From: Candidatus Versatilivorator sp. | GTDB lineage: Bacteria; Acidobacteriota; Terriglobia; Versatilivoradales; Versatilivoraceae | Assembly (NCBI GenBank): GCA_965207735.1 | Contig: OZ242296.1 | Location: 2,208,001 to 2,272,000, forward strand | Length of the DNA: 64,000 nt | Direction of reading: 5' to 3' | Part shown: positions 47,509 to 56,825 of the stretch, one piece after another | Position numbering within the stretch: the stretch's first letter is position 1 | How the letters are laid out: the number at the start of each line of letters is the position of its first letter | Translations under genes and position numbers: made by a program | Notes under the pieces: generated by a model | Seen by the model: only the letters and a program-made list of their open reading frames with translations | Told to the model about the DNA's origin: nothing | Database searches by the model: none

Positions 47509-48563
47509 GGGCCTCCTTTCGCGAGTCCGAGTTTCGAGAGCCCACGGGAAGTCCGGCGGGCGGCAGCGCCATTGGAGGGGGTTGCGAACCTCCGGACCTC
47601 GGGCGAAGGCCAGTACTGGTCGTACCAGACCAGCCGCTGGTGTCCCAGCCTGGATCGGGCGTTCTTGCGGGCGACCACCCGGAGGCTCCTGCGGGTGGCG
47701 CTGCCCTCCAGCCAGGCGGTGGCCACCAGGCTGAAGGTGTCCGAGGCTTCGGTGGTCAGAAAGGGGAGGGCCTCGGGCGGCGCGCGGCCGGTGAGGTCGG
47801 AGGCTTCCAGCAGGCGGCGGGCGCGGGCGTCCACCAGGGACCGGGCCTGCTCGAAGCCCATGCCGGGCAGGGCCGCCAGCACCTCGGGGGCCGCGTAGTT
47901 GACGTTGACCCTGCCGGTGGCGGTGTAGACCGTCAGGAAGTCCATCAGCCCCCGCTGAAAGACGGTTCGCCCGTCCCGTTGGCGGCGGGGCCGGCCGTAG
48001 AGCAGCTCCCGTTCCATGCCGGGAACCTGCAGCAGTTCTTCCACGAAACGGAAGCGGCGGCTCCCGGAGCCGGATACCCCGGAGCCCACGCCGGGATTCC
48101 GCCAGGCCGCCACCGCCGCGGCCAGGGTCTCGGCCTGGAACGGGTTGGCGCCCACGATCCTCAGCAGCCTCTCCAGGGTCCGCGGGGCGGCGGCGTTGAG
48201 GTCCAGCCTGCCGGCTTCGTCCATGAGGGCCAGGTGGCAACGCAGTTTCCGGCTGCTGAGCCGGTAGTGGTTCATCCCGCCGGCATAGGGGAAGAGGGCC
48301 TGGTGCTTCCGGGGGTCGGGGTCGGGGTAGGCCAGGCGGTAGAGCACCGCTTCCAGCGCCCCCCGGGCAAAGAAGTAGGCCTGCTCGGCCTCGCCCGAGG
48401 CTCGGGCCAGGGTGGCCTCGGTGCGCACGGTGGCCGCCAGGGTGAGCGCCAGCAGGGAGAGCCCCACCATGATCCAGAGGACGGTGATGAGAACGACGCC
48501 GCGGGGGTCGGAAAGCCGCCCTGTGGCTCTGGTGTCCAACTTGTTCGAGTGCGGTCTTCTCAC
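47496..48563 (-). CDS. gspK: Type II secretion minor pseudopilin K
   Basis: RG/VVLITVLW prepilin-like N-terminus, DEAGRLDLNAA, FVEELLQVPGM, VNVNYAAPEVLAALPG. Confidence 0.88.
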   Translation of the reverse strand: MRRPHSNKLDTRATGRLSDPRGVVLITVLWIMVGLSLLALTLAATVRTEATLARASGEAEQAYFFARGALEAVLYRLAYPDPDPRKHQALFPYAGGMNHYRLSSRKLRCHLALMDEAGRLDLNAAAPRTLERLLRIVGANPFQAETLAAAVAAWRNPGVGSGVSGSGSRRFRFVEELLQVPGMERELLYGRPRRQRDGRTVFQRGLMDFLTVYTATGRVNVNYAAPEVLAALPGMGFEQARSLVDARARRLLEASDLTGRAPPEALPFLTTEASDTFSLVATAWLEGSATRRSLRVVARKNARSRLGHQRLVWYDQYWPSPEVRRFATPSNGAAARRTSRGLSKLGLAKGGPWTS

Positions 48564-48595
48564 GGCCGTTCTACCTTATCTTTATATACAGGCTC

Positions 48596-49690
48596 TCAGT
48601 GGCCGCCGACGGGCACCGCCACCTCGAAGGTTTTCGAGCCCCAGGGACCCTGGCCGTTCCAGCGCAGGCTGAGCTGGATGCCGGAGGGGAGTTGGGGCCG
48701 GAAGGCACGCCCGGGGCGGCGCCTGAAACGCCGCGGATCGATCCGGGACCCAAGCGGGAACCTCTCTTCCCGCGGCCGGGCCAGCGTGCGGAACGCCACC
48801 GATGACAGTCCCTCGGCCAGGGTCAGAGAACGGGGGCCGGGCCGAGGCAGAGACAGATTGGCCAGGAAGCGGTTGTCCTCGGTTTGAGTGACACCCCGGA
48901 TGACGGGGCCCCTCAGCCGGGCCTCCGGGGGCAGCGGGCGTTCGTTGAGCAGCAGGCGGCGGCCGGTGGCGCCGGAGCCGGGATCGGAGTTGGCCGCGAA
49001 GACCTGCACGAACCGCAGCCCTCCGGCGAAGCCCGAGGCGGCCGACCAGGTGGTGACGAAGCCCAGGCTTCGGGAGGTGGCCCGGAAAAGCAGCACCGGC
49101 ACCGGCCGGCCTTCGTGGTCCTGGCTGGAGACGTAGGGCGCCATGGAGGCGATCTGGCGGCTGAGGACGTCCAGGGAAGCGTTGGAGGCCTGCCAGGCCT
49201 CCAGGGAAGCCTCGGCCTTCTCCCGGGCGCTAAGCCCTACGCTGTAGCCCAGGTGGATGAAGACCGCCACCAGCCCGATGAGGGAGAAGCTCACCAGCAG
49301 TTCCATGAGGGTGAAGCCGGGGGCAAGCGATGATTGCTGCCGCCGCCTACGCGGCTCGGAGCGTGGGGCTGACGTTATCCATGGGCTTACGCCCACGGCT
49401 ACCTGCTGCCGCCGCTGCGCGGCTCGGTTGGAACCCTCAGCGTGGCGCCCCTTCGCAACTCCAATGGCCCCCGCGGGCCGGGGCCCCTTCGCGGCTCGGC
49501 TTGTAGCCCACGGCTGGGAGCACTTCGCGGCTATATTCGATCTCCAAGGCCGGCGCTGCATCGCGGCTCGGCTTGTAGCCCTGGGCGTGTGCCCGGGGGT
49601 GATTTGTTTATGATTTCCGGTTTGTCTCATTGGGTGTTGCGGCACGTTGGCGGGCCAGGGCCGGCATCTCTTTCCTTCTTCCTCCTTCAT
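48596..49690 (-). CDS. gspJ: Type II secretion minor pseudopilin J-like; leader region contains a family A REP, true start uncertain
   Basis: G/FTLMELLV prepilin motif near 49320; between gspI and gspK. Confidence 0.72.
   Translation of the reverse strand: MKEEEGKRCRPWPANVPQHPMRQTGNHKQITPGHTPRATSRAAMQRRPWRSNIAAKCSQPWATSRAAKGPRPAGAIGVAKGRHAEGSNRAAQRRQQVAVGVSPWITSAPRSEPRRRRQQSSLAPGFTLMELLVSFSLIGLVAVFIHLGYSVGLSAREKAEASLEAWQASNASLDVLSRQIASMAPYVSSQDHEGRPVPVLLFRATSRSLGFVTTWSAASGFAGGLRFVQVFAANSDPGSGATGRRLLLNERPLPPEARLRGPVIRGVTQTEDNRFLANLSLPRPGPRSLTLAEGLSSVAFRTLARPREERFPLGSRIDPRRFRRRPGRAFRPQLPSGIQLSLRWNGQGPWGSKTFEVAVPVGGH
49335..49430. repeat. Family A REP inside the gspJ leader
   Basis: CCATGGGCTTACGCCCACGGCTACCTGCTGCCGCCG near 49379. 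Confidence 0.85.
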
Positions 49691-49769
49691 CTAGATCGCT
49701 CGAACGGGGAAAAAGTCGAAAGAGGGGGCAAGAAAGGACGACGAACCGCAAATGGACACGAAAAAAAGA

Positions 49770-50545
49770 GATATCCACGAAGGGCCACCAAGAACGGCGA
49801 AGGGCCACCAAGCGGTACGGAGCTGCTTCAACGGCACGCGGCGCCTGCCCCCCACCGGATCGACGGCGGGCTGCGCCCTTGTCTCTCCGACTCCCCCTCA
49901 AGGGGGGAGTGATACTCGAGGCTTGCATGGGGCGCCTTGCCCGATTTCTGGGCAGGATGTAAACCATGTTCCCGGTTTAATGTGTAAACGCCGTTCCCGG
50001 TTAGTGCCCGCTATCACTCCCCCCTTGAGGGGGAGTCGCAGAAGCCGAGCCGAATGGCGAAGGCTGATGCGGAGGGGGGCCAACTCGGCGTCTCCGAACG
50101 GTAGCGCCGAATGGTGAAGGCTGATGCGGTGGGGGGCGGACGCCGGCGCAGCTTTGCGGCAACGCGTGCCGTTGAAGCAGGTCCGTCTGGCTTTGCGGCT
50201 CTGCGAGTACTGCCGATTGCCACTTACGCGACGCCGAGTCTGCCCCCCTCCGGATCGACGGCGGGCGGAGCCCTTGTCTCTCCGACTCCCCCTCAAGGGG
50301 GGAGTGATACTTGAGGCTTGCATGGGGCGCCTTGCCCGATTCCTGGGCAGGATGTAAACCATGTTCCCGGTTTAATGTGTAAACGCCGTTCTCGGTTAGT
50401 GCCCGCTATCACTCCCCCCTTGAGGGGGAGTCGCAGAAGCCGAGCCGAATGGCGAAGGCTGATGCGGTGGGGGGCCAACTCGGCGTCTCCGAACGGTAGA
50501 GCCGTATGGCGAAGGCTGATGCGGTGGGGGGCATACGCCGGCGCT
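49770..50545. repeat. Family D unit plus family B array between gspI and gspJ
   Basis: ATCCACGAAGGGCCAC near 49773; hairpins near 49890, 50013, 50285 and 50408. Confidence 0.85.
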
Positions 50546-50584
50546 CCCGGGGGGATCTCTTTCCGGGGAGCATGCCGGAGCCGG

Positions 50585-51016
50585 TCATTGTTCGCGCGGG
50601 ACGGGGACCCAGGTCATGGTCTCCAATGAATAGCGGTTCTCGGACCCGCTGCCCGGCCAGGCGACCTGCAGCCGGACCCGGGCCAGCCGGTAGGCTCTGC
50701 GGGGCCCTTCCTCCTCGTCGCCGCCGGCGGCTTCGATCTGGGCCCGCCAGCGGTACTTGCCGCCGAACTCCCCCGAGCGGGCCGCCGGCTCCCTGCCCTG
50801 CCGCAGAGCCAGGCAGATCTCATTGAGCTTCATCTGGGCGTTGCGGACCAGCGTCTCGCGGTCCTCAATGCGGGAGACCGACTGCAGCGAGCCCGACAGC
50901 ACTCCGAACAGCGCCACAAAACCCACTCCCAGGATGGTCACGGCCACCAGCACTTCTATCAGGGTGAAACCCTGGGCGGCGGGCTTGGAAGCAGGTTTTC
51001 GGGCCATCGGCAGCAT
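50585..51016 (-). CDS. gspI: Type II secretion minor pseudopilin I, copy 1
   Basis: QG/FTLIEVLVAVTIL prepilin motif; purine-rich RBS. Confidence 0.8.
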   Translation of the reverse strand: MLPMARKPASKPAAQGFTLIEVLVAVTILGVGFVALFGVLSGSLQSVSRIEDRETLVRNAQMKLNEICLALRQGREPAARSGEFGGKYRWRAQIEAAGGDEEEGPRRAYRLARVRLQVAWPGSGSENRYSLETMTWVPVPREQ

Positions 51017-51149
51017 CTCTCTTCCCTTCCCCTTAGAGCGTTTGAATCGCAAGAAAGTCGAAAGAGGCGTCGGGGATTGTGGATTTTGGATTGTAGGTTA
51101 TCGATTTGGGGCGCATTCAGACGTCGTAGGTCCCAATCGACTGATGGTC

Positions 51150-51930
51150 GCTCACGGGACGCCGGGTTGGCCCCCCTCTGGCTCGACGGCGGGCTGCGCT
51201 TTCTCGCGACGCCGAGTCTGCCCCCCACCGGATCGACGGCGGGCTGCGCCCTGTGGTAGTCACTCTCGGGGCGCCGAGTCTGCCCCCCTCCGGATCGACG
51301 GCGGGCTGCGCCCTTGTCTCTCCGACTCCCCCTCAAGGGGGGAGTGATACTCGAGGCTTGCATGGGGCGCCTTGCCCGATTCCTGGGCAGGGTGTAAACC
51401 ATGTTCCCGGTCTAACGCATAAACTCCGTTCCCCCTTCATAACACGGATATCACTCCCCCCTTGAGGGGGAGTCGCAGAAGTCGAGCCGAATGGCGAAGG
51501 CTGATGCGGTGGGGGGCGGACGCCGGCGCGGCTTTGCGGCAACGCGTGCCGTTGAAGCAGGTCCGTCTGGCTTTGCGGCTCTGCGAGTACTGCCGATTGA
51601 CACTTTCGGGACGCCGAGTCTGCCCCCCTCCGGATCGACGGCGGGCTGCGCCCTTGTCTCTCCGACTCCCCCTCAAGGGGGGAGTGATACTTGAGGCTTG
51701 CATGGGGCGCCTTGCCCGATTCCTGGGCAGGATGTAAACCATGTTCCCGGTTTAATGTGTAAACGCCGTTCTCGGTTAGTGCCCGCTATCACTCCCCCCT
51801 TGAGGGGGAGTCGCAGAAGCCGAGCCGAATGGCGAAGGCTGATGCGGTGGGGGGCCAACTCGGCGTCTCCGAACGGTAGAGCCGTATGGCGAAGGCTGAT
51901 GCGGTGGGGGGCATACGCCGGCGCTCCCGG
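51150..51930. repeat. Family B array inside the 1380-bp duplication
   Basis: Hairpins near 51324, 51450, 51665 and 51788; 51605-52417 matches 50225-51037. Confidence 0.85.
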
Positions 51931-51964
51931 GGGGATCTCTTTCCGGGGAGCATGCCGGAGCCCG

Positions 51965-52396
51965 TCATTGTTCGCGCGGGACGGGGACCCAGGTCATGGT
52001 TTCGAGTTGGTAGCGGTTCTCGGACCCGCTGCCCGGCCAGGCGACCTGCAGCCGGACCCGGGCCAGCCGGTAGGCTCTGCGGGGCCCTTCCTCCTCGTCG
52101 CCGCCGGCGGCTTCGATCTGGGCCCGCCAGCGGTACTTGCCGCCGAACTCCCCCGAGCGGGCCGCCGGCTGCCTGCCCTGCCGCAGAGCCAGGCAGATCT
52201 CATTGAGCTTCATCTGGGCGTTGCGGACCAGCGTCTCGCGGTCCTCAATGCGGGAGACCGACTGCAGCGAGCCCGACAGCACTCCGAACAGCGCCACAAA
52301 ACCCACTCCCAGGATGGTCACGGCCACCAGCACTTCCATCAGGGTGAAACCCTGGGCGGCGGGCTTGGAAGCAGGTTTTTGGGCCATCGGCAGCAT
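51965..52396 (-). CDS. gspI: Type II secretion minor pseudopilin I, copy 2
   Basis: Copy of 50585-51016 offset by 1380 bp with four visible amino-acid differences (R/Q, I/M, E/Q, S/Q). Confidence 0.8.
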   Translation of the reverse strand: MLPMAQKPASKPAAQGFTLMEVLVAVTILGVGFVALFGVLSGSLQSVSRIEDRETLVRNAQMKLNEICLALRQGRQPAARSGEFGGKYRWRAQIEAAGGDEEEGPRRAYRLARVRLQVAWPGSGSENRYQLETMTWVPVPREQ

Positions 52397-52417
52397 CTCT
52401 CTTCCCTTCCCCTTAGA

Positions 52418-54346
52418 CCGAAGTTCCTCCCATTTTACACCCAAAAAATCGCCTTAAGCCATTTGTTTTCTTGGGGAAGAGGATTGAGGCGTGTGGAGTG
52501 TTGTTCCCATGTATATGATTAGCATTTATCTTGACATGATAGTTGTATGTGATATCGTAGTCCCATGTACGTCGAAACCGTCCCCAACCGCAACTCTCCC
52601 CCTGCCATCCTCCTGCGCGAAGGCCGCCGTGAGGGTAAAAAGGTCCATAAACGCACCCTGGCCAATCTCTCCCATTGGCCCAAGGACAAGATCGAGCGCC
52701 TCCGGCGCGTGCTCAAGAACGAACCCCTGGTCCATCCCGACCAACTCTTCGCCATCGAACGCTCCCTGCCTCATGGCCACGTCGAGTTGCTGCTGGAAGT
52801 GGTGCGGCAGCTGAAGCTGCCGGCGCTGATCGATTCCCGACCCTCTCCCCAACGGGACCGGGTCTTGGCCATGATCCTGCAGCGTCTGCTCTATCCGGCC
52901 TCCAAGCTGGCCACCACCCGTCTTTGGCACACCACCACGTTGGGTGAGGAACTGTCCCTTGAGGACACCGACGAGGACGATCTCTATGAGGCCATGGACT
53001 GGTTGCTGGAGCGTCAGGACCGGATTGAGCGCAAGCTGGCCAAGCGGCACCTGGCGGAAGGGGATGCGGTGCTCTATGACGTCAGCAGCAGTTACTACGA
53101 AGGCCAGACCTGCTCGCTGATGCAGTTCGGCCACAACCGGGACGGCAGGCGGGACCGGCCCATGGTGGTCTACGGGGTGCTGGCCGACCAGATGGGGCGG
53201 CCGCTGTCGGTGCAGGCCTATGCCGGCAACACGGGGGATCCGACCACGGTGGGGGATCAGGTGGAGAAGGTGCGGGGTCGGTTTGGTCTGGAGCGGGTGG
53301 TGCTGGTGGGGGACCGCGGGCTGCTGACCGAGACGCAGATCAGCCATCTGAAGCGTCATCCGGGAGTGGGGTGGGTCTCAGCCCTGCGCCACCACCAGAT
53401 ACGCCGTCTGGTGGAGAGCGAGGCGGTTCAGCTCTCCCTGTTCGACGAGCGTCATCTGGCCGAAGTCCGCAGCCCGGACTATCCGGGCGAGAGGCTCATC
53501 GTCTGCCACAACCCGCTGCTGGCCGAGCATCGGCGGCGGAAGCGGGAGGCTTTGCTGACAGCCACCGAGGAGGCGCTGGCCGGAATCGCCCGCCAGGTGG
53601 CCAGACGGACCCGCACGCCCTTGTCGGCGACCGAGATCGCCGAGAAAGTCGGCCGGGTCAAGAACCGCTTCCAGGTGGCCAAACACTTCCGGACCCAGAT
53701 CGCAGACGGGTCCTTCCACTATGAACGGCGCACCGACGCCATCATCCGGGAGGCGCAACTGGACGGGTTCTACATGCTGAGGACCAGCGAGCCAGCCGAT
53801 CGCCTGCCAACAGCCGCGGTGGTGCGCCGCTACAAGGACCTGACGCGGGTGGAGCGGGCCTTCCGCTCCCTCAAGACCGTCGACCTGCACATCCGCCCCA
53901 TCCGTCATCGGGTGGAGAGCCGGGTGCGGGCTCATCTGTTCCTGTGCCTGCTGGCCTATTACGTTCAGTGGCATCTGCGGCTGGCCCTGGCTCCGTTGCT
54001 GTTCGATGACGAGGAGTTGGAAGCGGAACGGGCACGGCGAGACCCGGTGCTGGCGGCCCAGCCGTCGGACTCCGCCAAACGGAAGAAGAGCAAACGCCTC
54101 ACCGAGGACGGCTTGCCGCTGCAGAGCCTGGAGACGTTGATGGCGCAGATGGCGACGCGGGCCCGCCACCAGTGCCGATTGCCCTCCGAACCCGATGGTC
54201 CGCGAGTCCAGCGATTGACCGAGCCGACCCCGCTACAGCAAAGGGCCTTCGAGCTCATCAGGATGTTCCCAGGCAAGACAACCTGAGATTCCTGATTGAT
54301 GATTGAAGATAAAGGAGTTATCTTGTCGGTGGGTCAGGAACTTCGG
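52418..54346 (+). mobile_element. IS1634-family insertion sequence
   Basis: TIRs CCGAAGTTCCT (52418-52428) / AGGAACTTCGG (54336-54346); 6-bp TSD CTTAGA at 52412-52417 and 54347-54352; empty site at 51032-51037. Confidence 0.92.
52565..54286 (+). CDS. IS1634-family DDE transposase
   Basis: LYDVSSSYYEG, FGHNRDG, VGDRGLL, YKDL..VERAFRSLK, RPIRH....VRAHLFLC. Confidence 0.93.
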   Translation: MYVETVPNRNSPPAILLREGRREGKKVHKRTLANLSHWPKDKIERLRRVLKNEPLVHPDQLFAIERSLPHGHVELLLEVVRQLKLPALIDSRPSPQRDRVLAMILQRLLYPASKLATTRLWHTTTLGEELSLEDTDEDDLYEAMDWLLERQDRIERKLAKRHLAEGDAVLYDVSSSYYEGQTCSLMQFGHNRDGRRDRPMVVYGVLADQMGRPLSVQAYAGNTGDPTTVGDQVEKVRGRFGLERVVLVGDRGLLTETQISHLKRHPGVGWVSALRHHQIRRLVESEAVQLSLFDERHLAEVRSPDYPGERLIVCHNPLLAEHRRRKREALLTATEEALAGIARQVARRTRTPLSATEIAEKVGRVKNRFQVAKHFRTQIADGSFHYERRTDAIIREAQLDGFYMLRTSEPADRLPTAAVVRRYKDLTRVERAFRSLKTVDLHIRPIRHRVESRVRAHLFLCLLAYYVQWHLRLALAPLLFDDEELEAERARRDPVLAAQPSDSAKRKKSKRLTEDGLPLQSLETLMAQMATRARHQCRLPSEPDGPRVQRLTEPTPLQQRAFELIRMFPGKTT

Positions 54347-54464
54347 CTTAGAGCGTTTGAATCGCAAGAAAGTCGAAAGAGGCGTCGGGGATTGTGGATT
54401 TTGGATTGTAGGTTATCGATTTGGGGCGCATTCAGACGTCGTAGGTCCCAATCGACTGATGGTC

Positions 54465-55005
54465 ACTCACGGGACGTTGCGTTGGCCCCCCTCCGGATCG
54501 ACGGCGGGCTTCGCTTTCTCGCGACGCCGAGTCTGCCCCCCACCGGATCGACGGCGGGCTGCGCCCTTGTCTCTCCGACTCCCCCTCAAGGGGGGAGTGA
54601 TACTCGAGGCTTGCAGGGGGCGCCTTGCCCGATTGCTGGGCGGGGTGTAAACCATGTTCCCGGTCTAATGGGTAAACGTCGTTCTCGGTTAGTGCCCGCT
54701 ATCACTCCCCCCTTGAGGGGGAGTCGCAGAAGTCGAGCCGAATGGCGAAGGCTGATGCGGTGGGGGGCGGACGCCGGCGCGGCTTCGGGGCAACGCGTGC
54801 CGTTGAAGCAGGTCCGTCTCGCTTTGTGGCTCTACGAGTACTGCCGATTGCCACTTACGCGACGCCGCGTTGGCCCCCCTCCGGATCGACTGCGGGCTGC
54901 GCCCTTGTCTCTCCGACTCCCCCTCAAGGGGGGAGTGATACTCGAGGCTTGCACAGAGCGCCTTGCCCGATTCGCGGGCAGGATGTAAACCATGTTCCCG
55001 GTTTG
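54465..55005. repeat. Family B array downstream of gspH
   Basis: Hairpins near 54578, 54701 and 54915. Confidence 0.85.
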
Positions 55006-55043
55006 ATGGGTGGATATCTCTTTTTGTCCGAGGCACGACGTTG

Positions 55044-55547
55044 CTAATTCTCTTGTGGAGGGGCCTGCAGGATTCGGGGTGAGCGGCTGAAGGCCTGCTG
55101 CACCACTCGGAGGGAGCGGCCGCGGGCATTGACCAGCCGGATTTCGAGGGCCTGGGAGAGGCCGCTGGGAGCAAAGTAGAAGTCGGTGCGCTCGGGCGGC
55201 GGGCCCGGCCGAGGCGGGGTCCCGTCCAGCAGCAGCGCCTCCTGCAGGCGGACGCCCGGCGGAAGCTGAAAGGACCGCTGGAACTCCAGGTCCCCGCTGG
55301 CCACGGTCACCCGGCGCTGCTCCCGGTCCAGGCTCACCAGGTGAATCTCCTGGCTCCGGATGGCCCGGCCCCGGGCAAGTCGTAGGGCGGCCGCCACATG
55401 GCGGGCGGCGCTCTGCAGGCGCAGGGTCTGGATGCCGGCTCCGGCGACGGGCACGGCCACCGCCGTGATGATCCCCACCAGCACCAGCACCACCAACATC
55501 TCCAGCAGTGTGAAGCCGGCCCGGTTTCTTGTCGATGGGTGTGCCAT
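55044..55547 (-). CDS. gspH: Type II secretion minor pseudopilin H (FimT-like)
   Basis: AG/FTLLEMLVVLVL motif, LRLARGRAI, F.PSG; start at MAHPST. Confidence 0.82.
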   Translation of the reverse strand: MAHPSTRNRAGFTLLEMLVVLVLVGIITAVAVPVAGAGIQTLRLQSAARHVAAALRLARGRAIRSQEIHLVSLDREQRRVTVASGDLEFQRSFQLPPGVRLQEALLLDGTPPRPGPPPERTDFYFAPSGLSQALEIRLVNARGRSLRVVQQAFSRSPRILQAPPQEN

Positions 55548-55602
55548 TGAGGTCCTTGGCTGCGTTTCCGTGGCTTGCGATCGGCGTGTGCCCAACGCTA
55601 TT

Positions 55603-56260
55603 TGCTGTCGCCGCCTTCGCGGCTCGGCTCTCGCCGTAACCCTTTCCATGGGCTTACGCCCACGGCTACCTGCTGCCGCGGCTTCGCCGCTCGGCTCGTA
55701 ATGCCGATCGCCACTTTCGCGACGCCGCGTTGGACTCCCACTGGATCGACTTTGGGGCAACGGGTGCCGTTGAAGCAGGTCCGCCTCGCTTCGCGGCTCT
55801 GCGAGTACTGCCGATCGTCACTTACGGGACGCCGAGTCTGCCCCCCTCCGGATCGACGGCGGGGCAACGCGTACCGTTGAAGCAGGTGCGTCTGGCTTTG
55901 CGGCTCTGCGAGTAATGCCGATCGCCACTTTCGCGACGCCGAGTCTGCCCCCCTCCGGATCGACGGCGGGCTTCGCCCTTGTCTCTCCGACTCCCCCTCA
56001 AGGGGGGAGTGATACTTGAGACTTGCATGGGGCGCCTTGCCCGATTCCTGGGCAGGATGTAAACCATGTTTCCGGTTTAATGTGTAAACGCCGTTCCCGG
56101 TTAGTGCCCGCTATCACTCCCCCCTTGAGGGGGAGTCGCAGAAGCCGAGCCGAATGGCGAAGGCTGATGCGGTGGGGGGCCAACTCGGCGTCTCCGAACG
56201 ATAGCGCCGAATGGCGAAGGCTGATGCGGTGGGGGGCGGACTCCGGCGCGGCTTTGGGGG
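55603..56260. repeat. Family A REP followed by family B array between gspG and gspH
   Basis: REP near 55646; hairpins near 55990 and 56113. Confidence 0.85.
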
Positions 56261-56290
56261 CGGGACGTCCGGGCTCCCGGGGAGTGCCAA

Positions 56291-56767
56291 TCACCGCCAG
56301 CTCACCACGTCGGCGTTCTCGTCTTCCCCGCCCTCGCGGCCGTCGGCCCCGTAGGAGATGATGTCGGGCTGGTCCCCGTACTCTCCCGGGAAGCGGTAGA
56401 AGTACTCGTTGTTCCAGGGATCCAGCGGGATCTCTTTCTGCAGGTAGGGTCCGTCCCAGTTGTCGGCCGAGGTGGGCCTGACCCGCAGGGCCTGCAGCCC
56501 CTCCTCTGTGCTGGGAAAGATGCCCACCTCCAGCTTGTACTGGCCCAGGGCGCTCTGGAACATGGCGATCTGGGCCTTGGCGGCCGTGATCCTGCTCCGG
56601 CCCACGTTGCGGAACAGCCTGGGACCTACCAGGGCTCCCAGCAGGCCGATGATCACCATGACCACCAGCAGCTCGATGAGGGTGAAGCCCCTCTGCCGCC
56701 GGCGCTGGGACCGGGCGGCCGCCCCGGCCTGCGATGCGCGATCGGGTTCTATCCTTGGCGCCTTCAT
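56291..56767 (-). CDS. gspG: Type II secretion major pseudopilin
   Basis: RG/FTLIELLVVMVIIGLL, PSTEEGLQAL, WDGPYL, DPWNNEY, SYGADGREGGE..NADV; GGAGG RBS. Confidence 0.95.
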   Translation of the reverse strand: MKAPRIEPDRASQAGAAARSQRRRQRGFTLIELLVVMVIIGLLGALVGPRLFRNVGRSRITAAKAQIAMFQSALGQYKLEVGIFPSTEEGLQALRVRPTSADNWDGPYLQKEIPLDPWNNEYFYRFPGEYGDQPDIISYGADGREGGEDENADVVSWR

Positions 56768-56825
56768 TGCGTTTCCTCCTCCCCGGATGCCTCCGGAGGA
56801 CATCCGAGCAACTCGAGTCTCTTCC

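Noticed and set aside
47509-48240. N-terminal extension of the 733-aa ORF
   Set aside because: Alternate frame of gspK; a strong RBS supports the start at 47508.
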